A stretch of 60,655 nucleotides of DNA, filler included, from Basidioascus undulatus (lineage: Eukaryota), in the NCBI GenBank assembly GCA_000826855.1. It is 8 parts of 8 records of this genome, joined end to end, with 100 filler letters (N's around TTAATTAATTAA, not from the genome) between each part and the next. Parts side by side here need not be neighbours in the genome. Positions count along the whole stretch, not along the records: positions 15,010 to 40,767 come from JTLS01000205.1; positions 40,868 to 45,756 come from JTLS01002050.1; positions 45,857 to 50,698 come from JTLS01002051.1; positions 50,799 to 55,683 come from JTLS01002052.1; 4 more parts are not named here. One strand, written 5' to 3'. Positions 38,193-51,747 of the stretch are shown piece after piece. The number at the start of each line of letters is the position of its first letter. Position 1 is the first letter of the stretch. A program made the translations under genes and the position numbers. Below the pieces are notes generated by a model. The model searched no databases. It was given only the letters and a program-made list of their open reading frames with translations, and had not been told where the DNA came from.

Positions 38193-39100
38193 TCAATGCG
38201 AATTGCCGTTTGCGGCAACCCTTGTCCCTTCGCAACCAACAGACGAATCTCCGTCCCTCCTAGCTCGTACCCAATGCAACGATCCAGGCGCGCTTGTCTG
38301 GCCCGAAGGCGTTCCAGTTCGCAAAGTCCCCTCGAGTAGCAGCCGTCTCAGCTGTGGGAGTCGCTCGGGTGAATGCTTCCCGAGGGGTGCAACGAACCCC
38401 GTCACAATTTCGGCGCGGTCCGGCCATTGCACACGAAGGTATAGCAGGAGCAGTGTCGGATCACTCAAGTTGAGCATGGCTCCCACACCGGCATTGTCAG
38501 GAGGGAAATGCATGTCGAGCCGTAGAAGATGCGGGCAGAGGCGCGGAAGGGGTGGGAGCAGGTCCTCAGCTTTGCAGAGCCCACGATGTTGAGAAACTCG
38601 ACGTGTTTCCCGACATTACCAAGCACAAAATCTATGGGAGTGGAGGCAGGCTCAAAGCTCTTGAGCCCGAGAGAACGAAGTGCAGGTAGATGGAATCGGG
38701 ACAGCATGCGTAAAAGAGGCTCCGCATTGCCGATAACGGCAAAGGCGAGGTCAATCAAGTTGAGAAGGGTGAGATTATTCCCGATAGGAATCTAGGTGGG
38801 GTCTTCGAGAGAGATATGAACAAGAAGGACTTCGAGTTGTGCGGCTGAGCGCAGGAGGATGACGCGGTAGAGGAAGGGGGTAGCGAGCGTCTGCCGCACA
38901 ATCCGTCGTCTTTAGACACCTTGGAAAATGAAACAAGATTGACGCTTACCTTCCAGTTCTTGCACATAAGCACCAGTGCGGCCTTCGTGGTCTGATGGAC
39001 GTCCCCAAGCACCTTGTCGGTGGACGGGATGAACCCCGGTGGCAAAGCCGTAGCGAAGAAGAAAATAGCCTCAAGATTCTCAGGCGAAGGCAGATCATAA
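38193..39100 (-). pseudogene. F-box/LRR-like pseudogene
   Basis: LPSPENLEAIFFFA...AALVLMCKNWK | GTAAGC intron | TLATPFLYRVILL...EDPT*(TAG 38792-38794). LRR-like LPALRSLGL and LPQLRRLLL lie in two different frames. Confidence 0.65.
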
Positions 39101-40404
39101 TGCGTTTGTAGTCGGTACAACGGAGAAGAAAGCGTTTCAGCGATTGGGAGTGGGAAGTCGACCAGAAGGTGTGTAGACGATGGGTAGACGATGGTGGCCG
39201 AGGGCAGGGAGCGCGGATGCGGCTGTTCAGCGCCCACGGTGCGGGCGAATGCGCGCCGTACCACGCCCTCGACTCTTCCAAGGAGCATTCTAGCGGGGTC
39301 AGCCAAGGCGTTCGTCGAAATGGGGACACTACGCTTGTGTGCTCACTACCGACGCTGCTTGTGCGCATCCTGAGAAATCTGAACTCCACTGTCCTCGAAA
39401 GCGCTGGGCGACACATGGCGATCCAATAGAGGTCTCCGCATAGGCTACATTCTCCATCATCCTTATTTTACTGGCAATAGTGGTGATGTACGACTCTGAT
39501 AACCATCAAGTGTGTGGTCAGAGGCTCTCCAGATCACGAATCTGGCGCTCGGAGGTGTACCACCGGTCTCCAAATACCCTTAAGCTTCCTCCCCGCATGC
39601 TTGAACGCTGCTTGATAGCTCCGCTAGCTCATTTTGGTCATACTGCATTCCTTATTAGGGACAAGCAACACCTTTAAGCTTCCCGGCTATGGTCTAGTCC
39701 ATGCACCCTGGCATGTCCTGCCGTCGAGCAGCCTGAATTTGCCCCATTACGAGTCCTAAATCTTGGAGTTCTACTTCTCCCGAAACCTTGCTAATACAAA
39801 TACATAGAACCCGCAGACCAATTGCCAGCTACAGGGCGGGCTGGTCTTGAGAGATACTGCCTTCTGGCAAGCAATCGAACCGGGCTTGGCGTGGAATTTA
39901 CAACGTTGGGCCATCAATAAGAGGGATGACGGTTTTCAGTCATACTATGACCTTAGAAAGATCTTCTGTCGAGATTTTACACGGGCTCATAGGGAGGAAA
40001 GCCCCCGAACGCGAGCCTTGTGTACGGTTGCGAGCAAGCGTGGCAGTCACAGGTTGTGGCGTCTTACTACTTTACTTCAGACGCACTGCTTGAATACCTA
40101 TGCGTATTGAAAGCCGTTCTTGATGGAGGCTGCTGCCCGGCAGGTCTCGATTTGCTAAGACGTGGGCGAGGCAGCAACGGCTTTTCAACTCTCACAACGA
40201 CGTCAGTGCATTCTTCTCCCGGAGTACACGACATTTCAACCCTCATTAAAGGAATAGTCCGCTGTTGATCAGCGACGGACCTGTACAAAATCACCAGAAA
40301 CCAGCGCTCCTTCAACTCTCGGCCGGTTCAGACCGACTCTCGCACTCCCCTCTCGCACACCGGCCAAACCCCCCAAAAAATCTCCATCAACCCCCTCTTA
40401 AGTC

Positions 40405-40767
40405 CTACCACTCCTCCGCCAGCCTCACCCGCCCATCCTGCTTCCGCTTGCTCCCCTTCGCGCGGCCCACAGCATTCGCGCCCTTCCGCCCATGGTGCTT
40501 CCGCGCCTGCTTGTGCGCGCGCTTCGCCAGGTCCTGCGCCACGCGGGCTTTCAGATCGTCCGCCCCCTCTGCGGCGGCGGCAGCTCGCGGGGCGCGGGAG
40601 GGGGCGTGCGATGGGGCGAGGGAGTCGGGGTCGGAGTCGGGGTCGGATTCCGGGTCGGAGGAGTCGTCGGGGTGAGAGGATGGGTGGGTGGGGGATGGTG
40701 AGCGGGAGGAGGCGCGGAGGGAGAGTTTGACGATGTCGAGGAAGTACTTTGCGAGGAGAAGGGGCAA
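40405..40767 (-). CDS. RIO2: C-terminus of probable RIO2 kinase (rest lost at gap)
   Basis: Acidic linker followed by LKARVAQDLAKRAHKQARKHHGRKGANAVGRAKGSKRKQDGRVRL, resembling basidiomycete Rio2 tails as recalled. The kinase domain is not in the window. Confidence 0.6.
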   Translation of the reverse strand: MPLLLAKYFLDIVKLSLRASSRSPSPTHPSSHPDDSSDPESDPDSDPDSLAPSHAPSRAPRAAAAAEGADDLKARVAQDLAKRAHKQARKHHGRKGANAVGRAKGSKRKQDGRVRLAEEW

Positions 40768-40867
40768 NNNNNNNNNNNNNNNNNNNNNNNNNNNNNNNNN
40801 NNNNNNNNNNNTTAATTAATTAANNNNNNNNNNNNNNNNNNNNNNNNNNNNNNNNNNNNNNNNNNNN
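40768..40867. other. Artificial contig spacer
   Basis: N44-TTAATTAATTAA-N44. Confidence 0.98.
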
Positions 40868-40895
40868 AAGGAGAGGGAAGAAGCGATGGACTCAC

Positions 40896-41118
40896 CTCTT
40901 GATGCTAGCCAACTGGCTCGTCGGGCCCTTCTTCGCCTCCTTCGCGTTCCGCTCGCGCTTCTGCTGAGCCTTGGCACCCTGTTCATCGCACCCCCACCCC
41001 CCCATCCCACGTCTCTCCCTGTCAGCCCGCACATCCACACATCCCGGAAATTGGCGAGGGGGAGACGGGGGAGATGGAGCGCGGGGAGAGGAAGGGAGGA
41101 GGGACGGACGTTGCCCAT
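40896..41118 (-). CDS. 5' exons of a small conserved ZNF706/At2g23090-like (4F5 + zinc finger) protein, 3' lost at gap
   Basis: A 9-nt first coding exon ATGGGCAAC (41110-41118) and exon 40896-40978 give MGNGAKAQQKRERNAKEAKKGPTSQLASIKR. Confidence 0.8.
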
Positions 41119-42442
41119 TTTGAATCTGATGAAAAGAGAAGGGGAGAGGGAGAGGGAGAGGGACGTGGCGTGCGGTGAGGTGAGTGGTGGTGGGTGGGAA
41201 GGTGAGAAAGGGCGAGGAGGAGGAGGATAAGGAGGAGGTGAAGGCGGCGAGGCTGGGCTGGAGGGGGCGCGGCCCAAGAGGAAGAATGCGCGTGAAAAGT
41301 TGATTGATGCAGCGATGATGATCAGGGCCGCACGTGCAACGAAAAAAAAAGAGCTCTTTGCATGCTCCAGCATTTCCTGTGCGAGACGAATGTTAGTGAT
41401 GTTAGTCGTTTTCGAGGAGGTGAGTGAAATATAGAGCTCGAAGGGGAGTGGATTTGAAAGAGGCGACGAACGATGATCGTCGCGCAGCGAAGACGCATGT
41501 TTCTCAGCTGGCCCTCATCTCAAAAGAAATTATCAGGGAAAACTGGCTGTATTGGGAAGGTCAGAGGCTCTAAGCGCTTGAAACTTTATAACTTCAATGT
41601 GAATGTTTCATTGGGAGAGGAGCTCGTAGCGGGTGTCAGAGAGCGAACTGAAGGACCCGCGCAGTGCTCGTTCTCATGCCTCATCTGTGCAAGTTTTGTT
41701 TTCTATCGCAGGGAGTTTATACGGAATGTTATATATCAGAATATTCAAGCCGAAAGGCCATTTTTTTCATACAGGCGACAACAAACGAGCACTGTCACGG
41801 TGCGGCGGCGGTTCGACGTTCAGTGGGCCGGGCCCTTCATTCAATCGCGTTCTTTTGAATCAAAGATGAGCAGAGTGAGACTTAACTTCTTCGTGATTTT
41901 AGGTAAAAATAAAAAATAAAAAAGGGTGCAAAGGCGAAGGGGAGAATGCGAGAATACTGCCTGGCCGCTCGCGAGTCGCGGACGTATGCTTGGAAGAACA
42001 GCTTGTCCTCAGTCGCTATTGGGGCAACGGTTAGTTTAATCCGCTGTGATTTTCCTAAGATTCAAGGAGTGATCGTTTCTTGGGCTCTTTCCGTGCATTC
42101 AGGGTGGAGTGGTATGCACTTGCTGTTTCTTGAGCATAAGAGTCCACAATGCAATGCGAAGCTCAAGGTGTTGCTGTAGACCGATCGAAGGCATTGGTTT
42201 AGCATGTAGTTGAGAGGACGGAACTTGAACTGTGTTTATACAAGCACAAGAAAAGAAATAGCTATCAAAGCTGGATAGGCGCGATGTGAAGGTACTAAGT
42301 TCTTTCTCGCTGCTGAAACTGATTTTTCCGCGATCTACCAGTGTCCATCACAAAGTTTCCTTAAAGGAATGGCATGCATATTTTAGATTACGTGTTTGCA
42401 GTCTCTCCAAATACGATCCCAGCCGTCTCCATGATCCCCGCA

Positions 42443-43354
42443 TCAAAGTTCGACCCGCGAGCTTATCCTCGCCGGGGGCGTGTAACTGGGCGAGTAAATC
42501 CGCGGGTTGTCGTCGCCCATGATCGTGCACATCATCTTGAAGTACAGGTCTGTACAGTCCTCCGAACGGTCAGCATGTGCTTGGAGTGGCCAGAGGAGGT
42601 GGATGAGGGGACAAGAAGGGGAAGGACGCAACCGATGACGGCCACCGCACAGAACCATCAACGTCCCCAGCAAAACCCAGCGCTTGGCGAACACCTCCGG
42701 ATTGTCTGTGTTGCAAGAAGTCAGTCTTTGGAGCCATAAAGCAATATTCAAAGTGAAAGTGAAAGAGAGACGCATGCAGAAGGGCGCTGATGCCGAGGAA
42801 GATGAGCAGGAAGGAGATGAGGAACGCCACAGAGCCATAGACTAGCCAGAGGAAAGCGTCGAGGATTCAGGGGAGGATATTATTCAAAGGCTGGTACCGC
42901 TCGCTTGGAATGAAGCCTTGGTAGCCATGAGGATGCTGGGATACAAGTGGGAGGGCAGTTTGAACATGTTCAACACGTCGGTCGTCATCTCCTCCGCAAA
43001 CTTGAGGAAGAGGTCTGTTCGTTATTCTAAGGGAATTGCTAGCTGCGGTTCTTTGTAAAGAAGGGTAGAGGAGAAGGAGGGGGAGGGAGGAGTGGAAGGC
43101 TGGGCAAAAGAAGGACGATCGACGAACCGAGCACCACGACGTTGCACAATCCCAAAGAGATCCCCAAAGTCGCCCGCCGGGTCGCAAACAGATCGTCCGG
43201 GGCTGGAAAACGCAGAGTGTGAGCTCTGATACGCTTGGAACGGGCCAGAAACGGACATACCGGAAAGTGCGGCGTATCCAACACCGACGAACAGTGCGAC
43301 TGGCAGGAGGAACAACATGGCGAACACGCTAATTGGTATGACCGAGAAGCCCAC
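42443..43354 (-). pseudogene. Unknown membrane-protein gene or relic made of two similar units
   Basis: Two hydrophobic units with similar sequence and matching intron positions; in-frame stops precede each unit. Confidence 0.4.
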
Positions 43355-43654
43355 GTCCTACTCCACATCCTCGGTGTGTCCGTGAGTAGCGTGGATATGG
43401 AGAGAGGGACTCGGTTGCTGGGAGAAGTTCTGTCATGGCTTTCAGGTTTGCTTGACCAACTGGGATGCGAGGTTTGGGTCGTTGCAGGACGACGATCCGA
43501 GTTCCTTGATGTCCAGAGTATTGGAACACTTTCTCCCTCCTCACACTGTGAGTCCCTCGTTTAGACCTGAACATAAGTTTATGTCTTCGAACCCTTATTC
43601 CTGACATTTACTCCCACTTTCAGCTCTCACTACGACCCTGTCACGACCCTCTGT

Positions 43655-43908
43655 CCTTCACCGGCCCCCATCCGCGCCTCCCGCCCACCATCGGCAACAT
43701 CATCCTCCCCGACAAACCTCCGGACGGACGCGGTCGACTGCGTTGCGGAGACTACCCCAGATTCCAGACCATTAGTTCGCAGTGGTTCCGCCCGGCGCGC
43801 GCCAACAACCCCTCCGCCGTATGCGGCCTCGAGCTCGCCGCTGCGCCGTCACACCATCCAGACTGCCTCCCCACTCTGTGGCCATACATCGGGTATAAGG
43901 GCGGCTAA
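43655..43908 (+). pseudogene. Possible F-box-like fragment
   Basis: HPRLPPTIGNIILP...RFQTISSQWFRPARA without a start codon, ending at TAA; weak resemblance only. Confidence 0.25.
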
Positions 43909-45756
43909 CGCGTGGACGTCGCGGACCAACCGCGGTGAGACGGACGCTGGGCCGTCACGTACTGCACGCAGCGTGGATACGTGAGGCGCTGGAGTCAGCT
44001 GGTCATGTACAAGCTCTGGGTCGGCGCAACCTGGGCTCGGTCCACGTCCAGTTCACTATTCATAGAGTTATTCTTCCACTTATCTATCTCTATGTACCGC
44101 CGAAGACGTTCTGCAATTGCAGCCGGGAGGTCCACGCATGTAACGGGGTGGCCTGCTCTGCTTGCCAATCAATTGTCCCAGTGCCCGACGCAGCGTGAAT
44201 TGTACTTCCATCAATTACTACAGGAATTTCTGGCATATAGCATTGCGTCTTACTAGTGTGCATCAAGCTCTGAGCAATCTGGGCAAAGTAAAGGTAAAAC
44301 AGTGGGATTGCCTAGCTTGGCATTTCGTGCGGCTGCCCGCGGGTGGTGTAGGACGAAATTGCTTTGAAGCTGCTCTCACCTTGCAGAATTTTTCTAACAG
44401 TGTCCAGCTGGACTCTCGAGCAGCCGGTCATTAGATATCGTGCGTACGACTGCGCCGCTACGTTGCTGTGGTACGGCCCGTGCAATCGCATACGGTGAAG
44501 AGATGGGATATATATAAATGAACATTAGAGTGTAAAATTCAGTGAAAGCCTAGTGTGAGCATCCGCGGACCTGGGCGTGCCAGGGACAAGATCCGCACAA
44601 ACGCCAACTCGAGACCACATCCTCATCTCCTACCACAACGCCACTACTCAACTGCCTTCTCGCCATGATTTTCAGCGCAACCTAGTCTCTCGCTCCAGAC
44701 GACAACATGTGCAACTGCGTTAACGCGTTCAAAGCTCATCTTGCGCTTCCGCCGGTCTACTGGAACCCCGAGCTCGAGCACCGCTGAAATAGGATCGGCC
44801 ACAGCGTACGACCGTGGCCGCAAACTCGGGCCGAGCTGGCGTGCCGCTTCGCTTTTCCTATACTTAGACACCAAAGAGAAGGAGCTGTATTGATTGGCGA
44901 GCCAGCGCATCATCACTGGCTACGACAGGGCGCATGCGAGAGCTTTCATCAATCTTATGGAGGTGCAGGCGAGGGTCAAAGGAGACGCTGAGGAGTCGCG
45001 CCGAATGAGTTGCGTTCATTCATCCTCACGGCTATTAAAACAATGGGTATCTGCTGTTCTGGAGCTGACGTTTGATAGCCCTTGTCGGAAGAAAATGACG
45101 TCCAGCGTTTCCTGGCCTGGGAGCAAGCCGGCGGTAGTGGCACCAAGCGAGACTTTGCGAACCTCGAAGACCCTTTCCCGTACGACGACGCCCGCCATCC
45201 TATAACGCGGCCGTATGTACTCCCTTCCAGTCCAAGTGATGAGCGGGTGTGGGGGACGGACGGGCTGGCGGTTGTCTCCGCGCCGCACGCTCCGATCACG
45301 CATCCCGCTTGGAACTTCAGGTCATGGGCAATGATCCAAGTGAAATGAGCGTGTGTGAATTTTTATAAGTTTCCACCAGCATTTCTGAGCAAAGGAAAAG
45401 GTGGGCGCTGCGAGCCCTTTGACGATGTTGTGCACTGGCTCTGCAAGCTGCTACTGTGCCGTCTCATCGACCTGATATCCGTTCAAGCTAAATACCAAAC
45501 ATGAAAGTCTTTCAAAACGGAAGGCCATCAAGGAATGCACAGCTCACTGAATGAGCTCGCACATTTCAGTCTTAAGCAGTGCATTCCGCAGACCGACGAT
45601 CGCGACCTCACACCCTTCTCTTTCCACTCTTCTATCCATCCCCTCATTTCCCCATATTCCGCTGCATATTTCACGCTCAATTAAATTCTCTGCCACTCAT
45701 GGCCATCCTCGTCCCCCTTCCACTCCCTTCCCCCACCCCATCTCGTCGCATCTAAC

Positions 45757-45856
45757 NNNNNNNNNNNNNNNNNNNNNNNNNNNNNNNNNNNNNNNNNNNN
45801 TTAATTAATTAANNNNNNNNNNNNNNNNNNNNNNNNNNNNNNNNNNNNNNNNNNNN
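45757..45856. other. Artificial contig spacer
   Basis: N44-TTAATTAATTAA-N44. Confidence 0.98.
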
Positions 45857-48800
45857 CGCTTTTGGGGCTGGGACGAGAACGGCGGGAGGAGGAACGTCGG
45901 CGGCGGCGGGGGCTGGAGCGGTAGGTTCTGGGGATACGGACGGTGCGGGTCGTACTGGTCGTGCTGGGCGGCGGGGGGATGGGTGGGGAGGATGGTGTAC
46001 GAGTGACGCGCGGCCTGCATGAATCGACTGCCGTCGTGCGTGCACAATCAACACGGCGGCGGCGGCTCGCGGCTTCGATTCACGCCGCAACGGGATGGTG
46101 GATGCGCTGGTGGTGTGGTGGTGGTGATGGTCAACGACCAAGATGGACCGGGCGATAGAGCGAGCGAGCAAACAAACACCGTCCAGCGCGGGCGATGCGG
46201 GGATTCGATTCGAGCGAGCAGGGGATGGCGACGACTGCATCCCCGCGCGAGCTGTGTCCGAAGCGTGTGACCGGGGGACCCAGTACACAGACACCGTTAT
46301 CATCGTTTCTGCCTCGCAGCCCACACCCGCAACCGCAATCTTGGCCTTAACCATCGCATACCTTTCAGGGACTCAACAGTATTCTTGTCATGATCCAAAG
46401 TACACCCTGAGTATCCATAGTCTCGCCAAACACCGACCGAGCAAGTTTACCAGAGGCACAAGGCGCGGTCCGATGCTGATGAACAGCCCTCGGGTCCCTC
46501 CTGTCTCCTTGCTGTCAATCACCATCATGCTCGTCCACCAACGTAAAATTTGCATTTGTGTCTACCGCATGCGGATAAACTGAGCGTAATGAACCGTGGA
46601 GTCGCGCATGCACGTATACAGTCGACTCGAGCTCACACCCCGGGCCTGCACTGCCTTGTGCTCCTCAACCCCGGTCTGATCGGGTTTGTACTTCCGGGGT
46701 CTGAGGTGGTTCTTTCGCTCGAATATTTGGTGCAGAAATCTTCAAAGTTCCTTTGAGAGTCTGGTTCAAAGGACGGCGCAGAAAGAAACTCATGCTCTCT
46801 ACTACTGCTACTAGCAGATGCCGAGCAAGCTGCTGGCTACTCGCGAGCAGCAGTGTTATTATTCGATCCTCACGTACGGCAAGTACGGCCATTCCATAGA
46901 GACGGCGCACATTTCTCTTCGATACATACCGATAGAGTCACCCTCGATAATAGATTGGCCATCGCAGCCACGCGGCTTCCTCTGTTTCACCCAAACGCAT
47001 CTGTTCTCCTACCCAGTCGGCCTGGGTTTTCAAACCCTGGTTACCTTCCGTCTCTTTTAGGGCTCGTAGGTGATCGTGCTTAATCCCCCGTGAGCCTCCA
47101 GCCCAGCAACTGGATAGTCGACTTGGTGTACCACCCCTCACCTCCCGCACCTTACCCTGCTCCTGCTTTTTGATCGTCAGCGCGGCCGACCCGCTTCTTG
47201 TCCACTTCAACCAGCAGGGTTACATCATCATCAACCTTTTCCTTGGCGTACCCACAAAAAGAATCAATCGAACACGAAGCGTCATCAAGGGCGTCGAGCT
47301 TCCCTCCCTCCGCCTCCGCAGGCTTTGATGTGAGACCACACCCTAGTTCGCCCGTCAGTTGTTTTAGTACAATATACGTACACAACTCGGTTCAAACATA
47401 AGGACGACATGCATCCTAACCTTCTGCGCAGGCACTAGTCTTCGAGACAGGGAGCCTCCCAGCGCGGTCGCGAGGAATCGCACTGTGGTGCGGCCACCTG
47501 CGCTATCCATTCCAGACAAGCTTTCACTGCCCAATGGGAAGTAATTAGGACAGCCAGAAAAAACTCTAGTTTGCTCCTGGAGCGCGGGAAGCGCCCAAAA
47601 GACATGGAGCATGGGTCAGCTGCAGGCTGCCTCGTCGACTTGCTTCACGTCCACAGCATCACAATACTATCGTGCCAACCGGGCAGAAGTTCTTGGCTTA
47701 GATAGCCTCTACGCAGATGTTCAGGCAACCATCCCCCTATGAGCTGTCCATTCACACAGCGTAACAACATTCGAACCACAGCGGCCAGCGTGACGGACGC
47801 CCCCTCCAGCGTACTAGCTATTTAACCTCATCAATGCTAACACAAAGTAGCTATATCAGAGGTATGGGTTTACGGGCATATATGTGTAGAGCTTTGACAC
47901 TTTTCAAATCCTGGTCGGAACCTTCTACTGTTACCCGTGACAGAGGTGTCGCCGAAGTTAGGTTTCAACAATGGTACCTGGCTGAACCGCTAATACCTCG
48001 CATCGAGGATAATGAATTTTGTGGGACAGGACTCCCAGAAAAGCCTAAAACAAAATACAAACAGGCCAAATGGACATATCAGTGGAATGCGTCTCGGAAG
48101 TATAGACAACGTGACACGCTGTTTCCCATCTCACAACACGCACCGCCGTGCACCAGTCCATCTCTTGGCTTTTTTTCATACTCTGTAGGCTTAACTCTAA
48201 GAGCTCAGCTTACACTACCATTCCCGCTTACCACAGCACCCCCCCATCGGCTCTCCCTCGAGCGGTGCGACCCCCGACGTCCCATCCCTCACCTCCAGCG
48301 CCCCGCCGGAACCCACCAACCAGTCCTCTCGGGGGTTCAAGGAGGCCCTGGAGCTGCCGCGTCCCCCTACTCTCCGTTGCGGCCTCGCCGGCGTGGCGAA
48401 GGCGCTCAGCCTTTCGGACGAGGAGCCTACGACTTGATGGTTTGCGCTCATTCTCTTCAAATCGAAATGTTTCCGCCGATCCTCACCACGTCCCGCGTTC
48501 CTCATGTCGTCGCTGTCCGTCTCGCCCAAGTCCTCGACCCTCATCTCCCCGTCCACGAGCAACCCGACATTGAGATCTTTGAGCTCAAAGCTGCCTCCGT
48601 GAGTCGTCGTTGCCCGCGCAGCCCTCGCTCGTTGACATCCTTCTTTTCTGGATTGTGCTGCAGATTCAAAAGGAGATGCGGTGAGACGTGTACGTGCACG
48701 AGAGCGAGAGCAGCCTAGCAGCCGGGATCCCTGAGCACTGGGTGCTGGAGCGGGCGCTCGAGGCGATTAGGTTGGGGCAGGTGGAGTGGTGAGACTGTAG

Positions 48801-49964
48801 GTGGGGAGGACGTCGCTTGTTCATGAATATGCATTCATGACTTCATCCCATGCCTTCAAACTTTTAATCAGCGTTTGGCTTTTGCATCCCGATTCTGCAG
48901 AGCGTCTAGCACTCGCCCAAGTGTGAACAACGGTGTCTCACGCCTAAACATAACGTCGTCTCGTTTTCTACCCATCACACCAACCTTGATATGGCCATGG
49001 AGTGCTCCCTTCCAGAAACAAAATTAAGCATAACAAACAGGCGCACTGTATCGAACTCATCATGATCAGACAGCCTTGTCGTTTGCTTGCCCACTGCCTG
49101 ACCCTCATCGACCATTCCCACCTCGCTCAGGCCAAGCAATTCAAAAGCAAGCAAAAGCAAGGCAAAAGAATTGTACGCCCCAAAAACCTCAGGCTCAATG
49201 AAGCAGAAGGAATGCTTGAACCGTGAATCGAACACGGGGCGGGTCGAAACGTCGGATGGCAACGACCCAGGTTACCACTACCCCACCCAAGCTTGTCCTA
49301 TGAATCTTTCCCATCACCTTTGAGTTCGTGGAATTGTCCTTTATTGTCCTGTTGTTATCTCAATTCCGTGACAGAGTTTCTTGATTCGTGGAAGAATATG
49401 AGGAGGCTAGCCACCAAGAGAGACCCAAGTGCAGCGGTCAGATGGGAGTCGCACCGGGCCGAGGCTAACGCACCCACTTCGAGAGTGCAGTTGAGACTGC
49501 CCGAGTGCGCCGTCTGCACGGATCAGATTAGCTCAGAGTGCGTAAAACTCTCAGAGGTGCCCACCCACCGCGGCCTCTGCGACGATCCGGACGGCTGTAG
49601 CTCAAGAGCCCGTCCGGCAGCATGCGTCCAAAGCCGCTGCAATACAATCAACGACGACCTTCCTCCCTAATAAGTAAAGGAGTTTGCTGACGACTGCGAC
49701 TGCCACTCGCACTGCATCTCCCACTCCCCCCGCCCTATCCCCCAACTGCCTCCGTGACCGCCGCGAACAAAAGAGAAGCCCAAAAGAACAGTATCAATGC
49801 ACCATCATAATTTGTGGGAGTCACAACAAGCACGCCCCAGAAGCGCGGAGGAATCAAAAAGAGAAAGAAGAAAATGGGCGAGAACCCAGAACCCCCTATG
49901 CGTGACCACACCCGCCTGCACCCACACCGCACCGGCCCTAGGGAAGGGGACAGGGCGGGGAAGG

Positions 49965-50696
<732 letters not shown>

Positions 50697-50698
50697 CG

Positions 50699-50798
50699 NN
50701 NNNNNNNNNNNNNNNNNNNNNNNNNNNNNNNNNNNNNNNNNNTTAATTAATTAANNNNNNNNNNNNNNNNNNNNNNNNNNNNNNNNNNNNNNNNNNNN
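50699..50798. other. Artificial contig spacer
   Basis: N44-TTAATTAATTAA-N44. Confidence 0.98.
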
Positions 50799-51747
50799 AG
50801 TCGCCGTGCAATGCGGGAAGGCTCACCGCGCCATCCAGGTTTCATGAGCCCCGGATGGCCCCTCAAGGTAAGTATGAGGGGCAAAGAAAGGAGCGAGGGA
50901 GGCTGATGAGGAGTTGGCGCGCGCACTGAGCAGGCTCGTGGACCTGGACCCGCATGCTCGCCGCAGGTCGACGACTGTTGCCAACGTTGCCAGTGCATGC
51001 CTTCTTTGTACGACTGTGTGAAGATTTATCTCAAGCAATCCTTGAGAAATTGAGTTGACGGTGCACTCAGAGTCCGATGTGGTTGGTGGGCTAGCCACTG
51101 GGCCTACACGCCGTCCATCGGCAGAAACAGCTTGCACTCGTCGTGTTTGCAAAGTGTAATGATTTGGATCTGGAGAGTCCTTCTTAGCATTTGTAGATGA
51201 ACAACGCCTTCTTCCGCTGATGATCGATTGCACACATGACTGTAACACACTCGCGAACGAGGCAACTGCTCAACCACACCTCTGTTTCACTAACCACCTG
51301 TAAACTTTCTCCTTACCGAGTTGTTTTCTTGGATTTCAAGCGAAAGGTGGCACTTATTCAAAAAAAAAAAGGTGTGAGCACATGAGCAAACCGTGAGTTA
51401 TGTAAGTGAAGTCCGGGGGCTGCATCACGTCTCGATGCCTCATCTCAAACATACAGCGAAGGACTACCACAGGCTGTCGAATATTGTTGGAAATGCTAGG
51501 TTTTTCTTCACCGTAAACCTCAGAAACTTCTGACAGATCTAGCATCAGCGCAATGGATACTGAAAGTGCCAAAAAGAATAGAATGAGAGAACAATACAAC
51601 ACTCAGGTGACACGCTGGTGTTCAGGCTTCAACGCGTTCTGGCAGCGTGAAGTGAAGCGAAAAACATACCCAGGCATGATGCAACGTCAGCGGGTCCATA
51701 CAAGCTTAGCCACGACTGCGGGAGATGCAGAGACGGGCAGAACGAAG

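Noticed and set aside
23834..38794. Stop-codon reassignment or A-to-I repair of in-frame TAGs in the F-box relics
   Set aside because: The same loci also carry frameshifts or a lost start codon, and conserved genes (VPS1, eIF3h, UBC9, MFS) terminate normally at TAG.
45857..46020. 5' end of a Pro/Gln-rich gene (MQAARHSYTILP...) running into the gap
   Set aside because: Two frames are open to the gap and neither has diagnostic motifs, so it cannot be supported.
47834..48718. 294-aa ORF as an intact gene
   Set aside because: The 5' half is AT-richer and not coding-like; only the last part looks coding and belongs to a frameshifted relic.
49002..49260. Transposase C-terminal fragment (KSKQKQGKRIVRPKNLRL)
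   Set aside because: The resemblance is only compositional; no DDE motif or terminal inverted repeats are seen.
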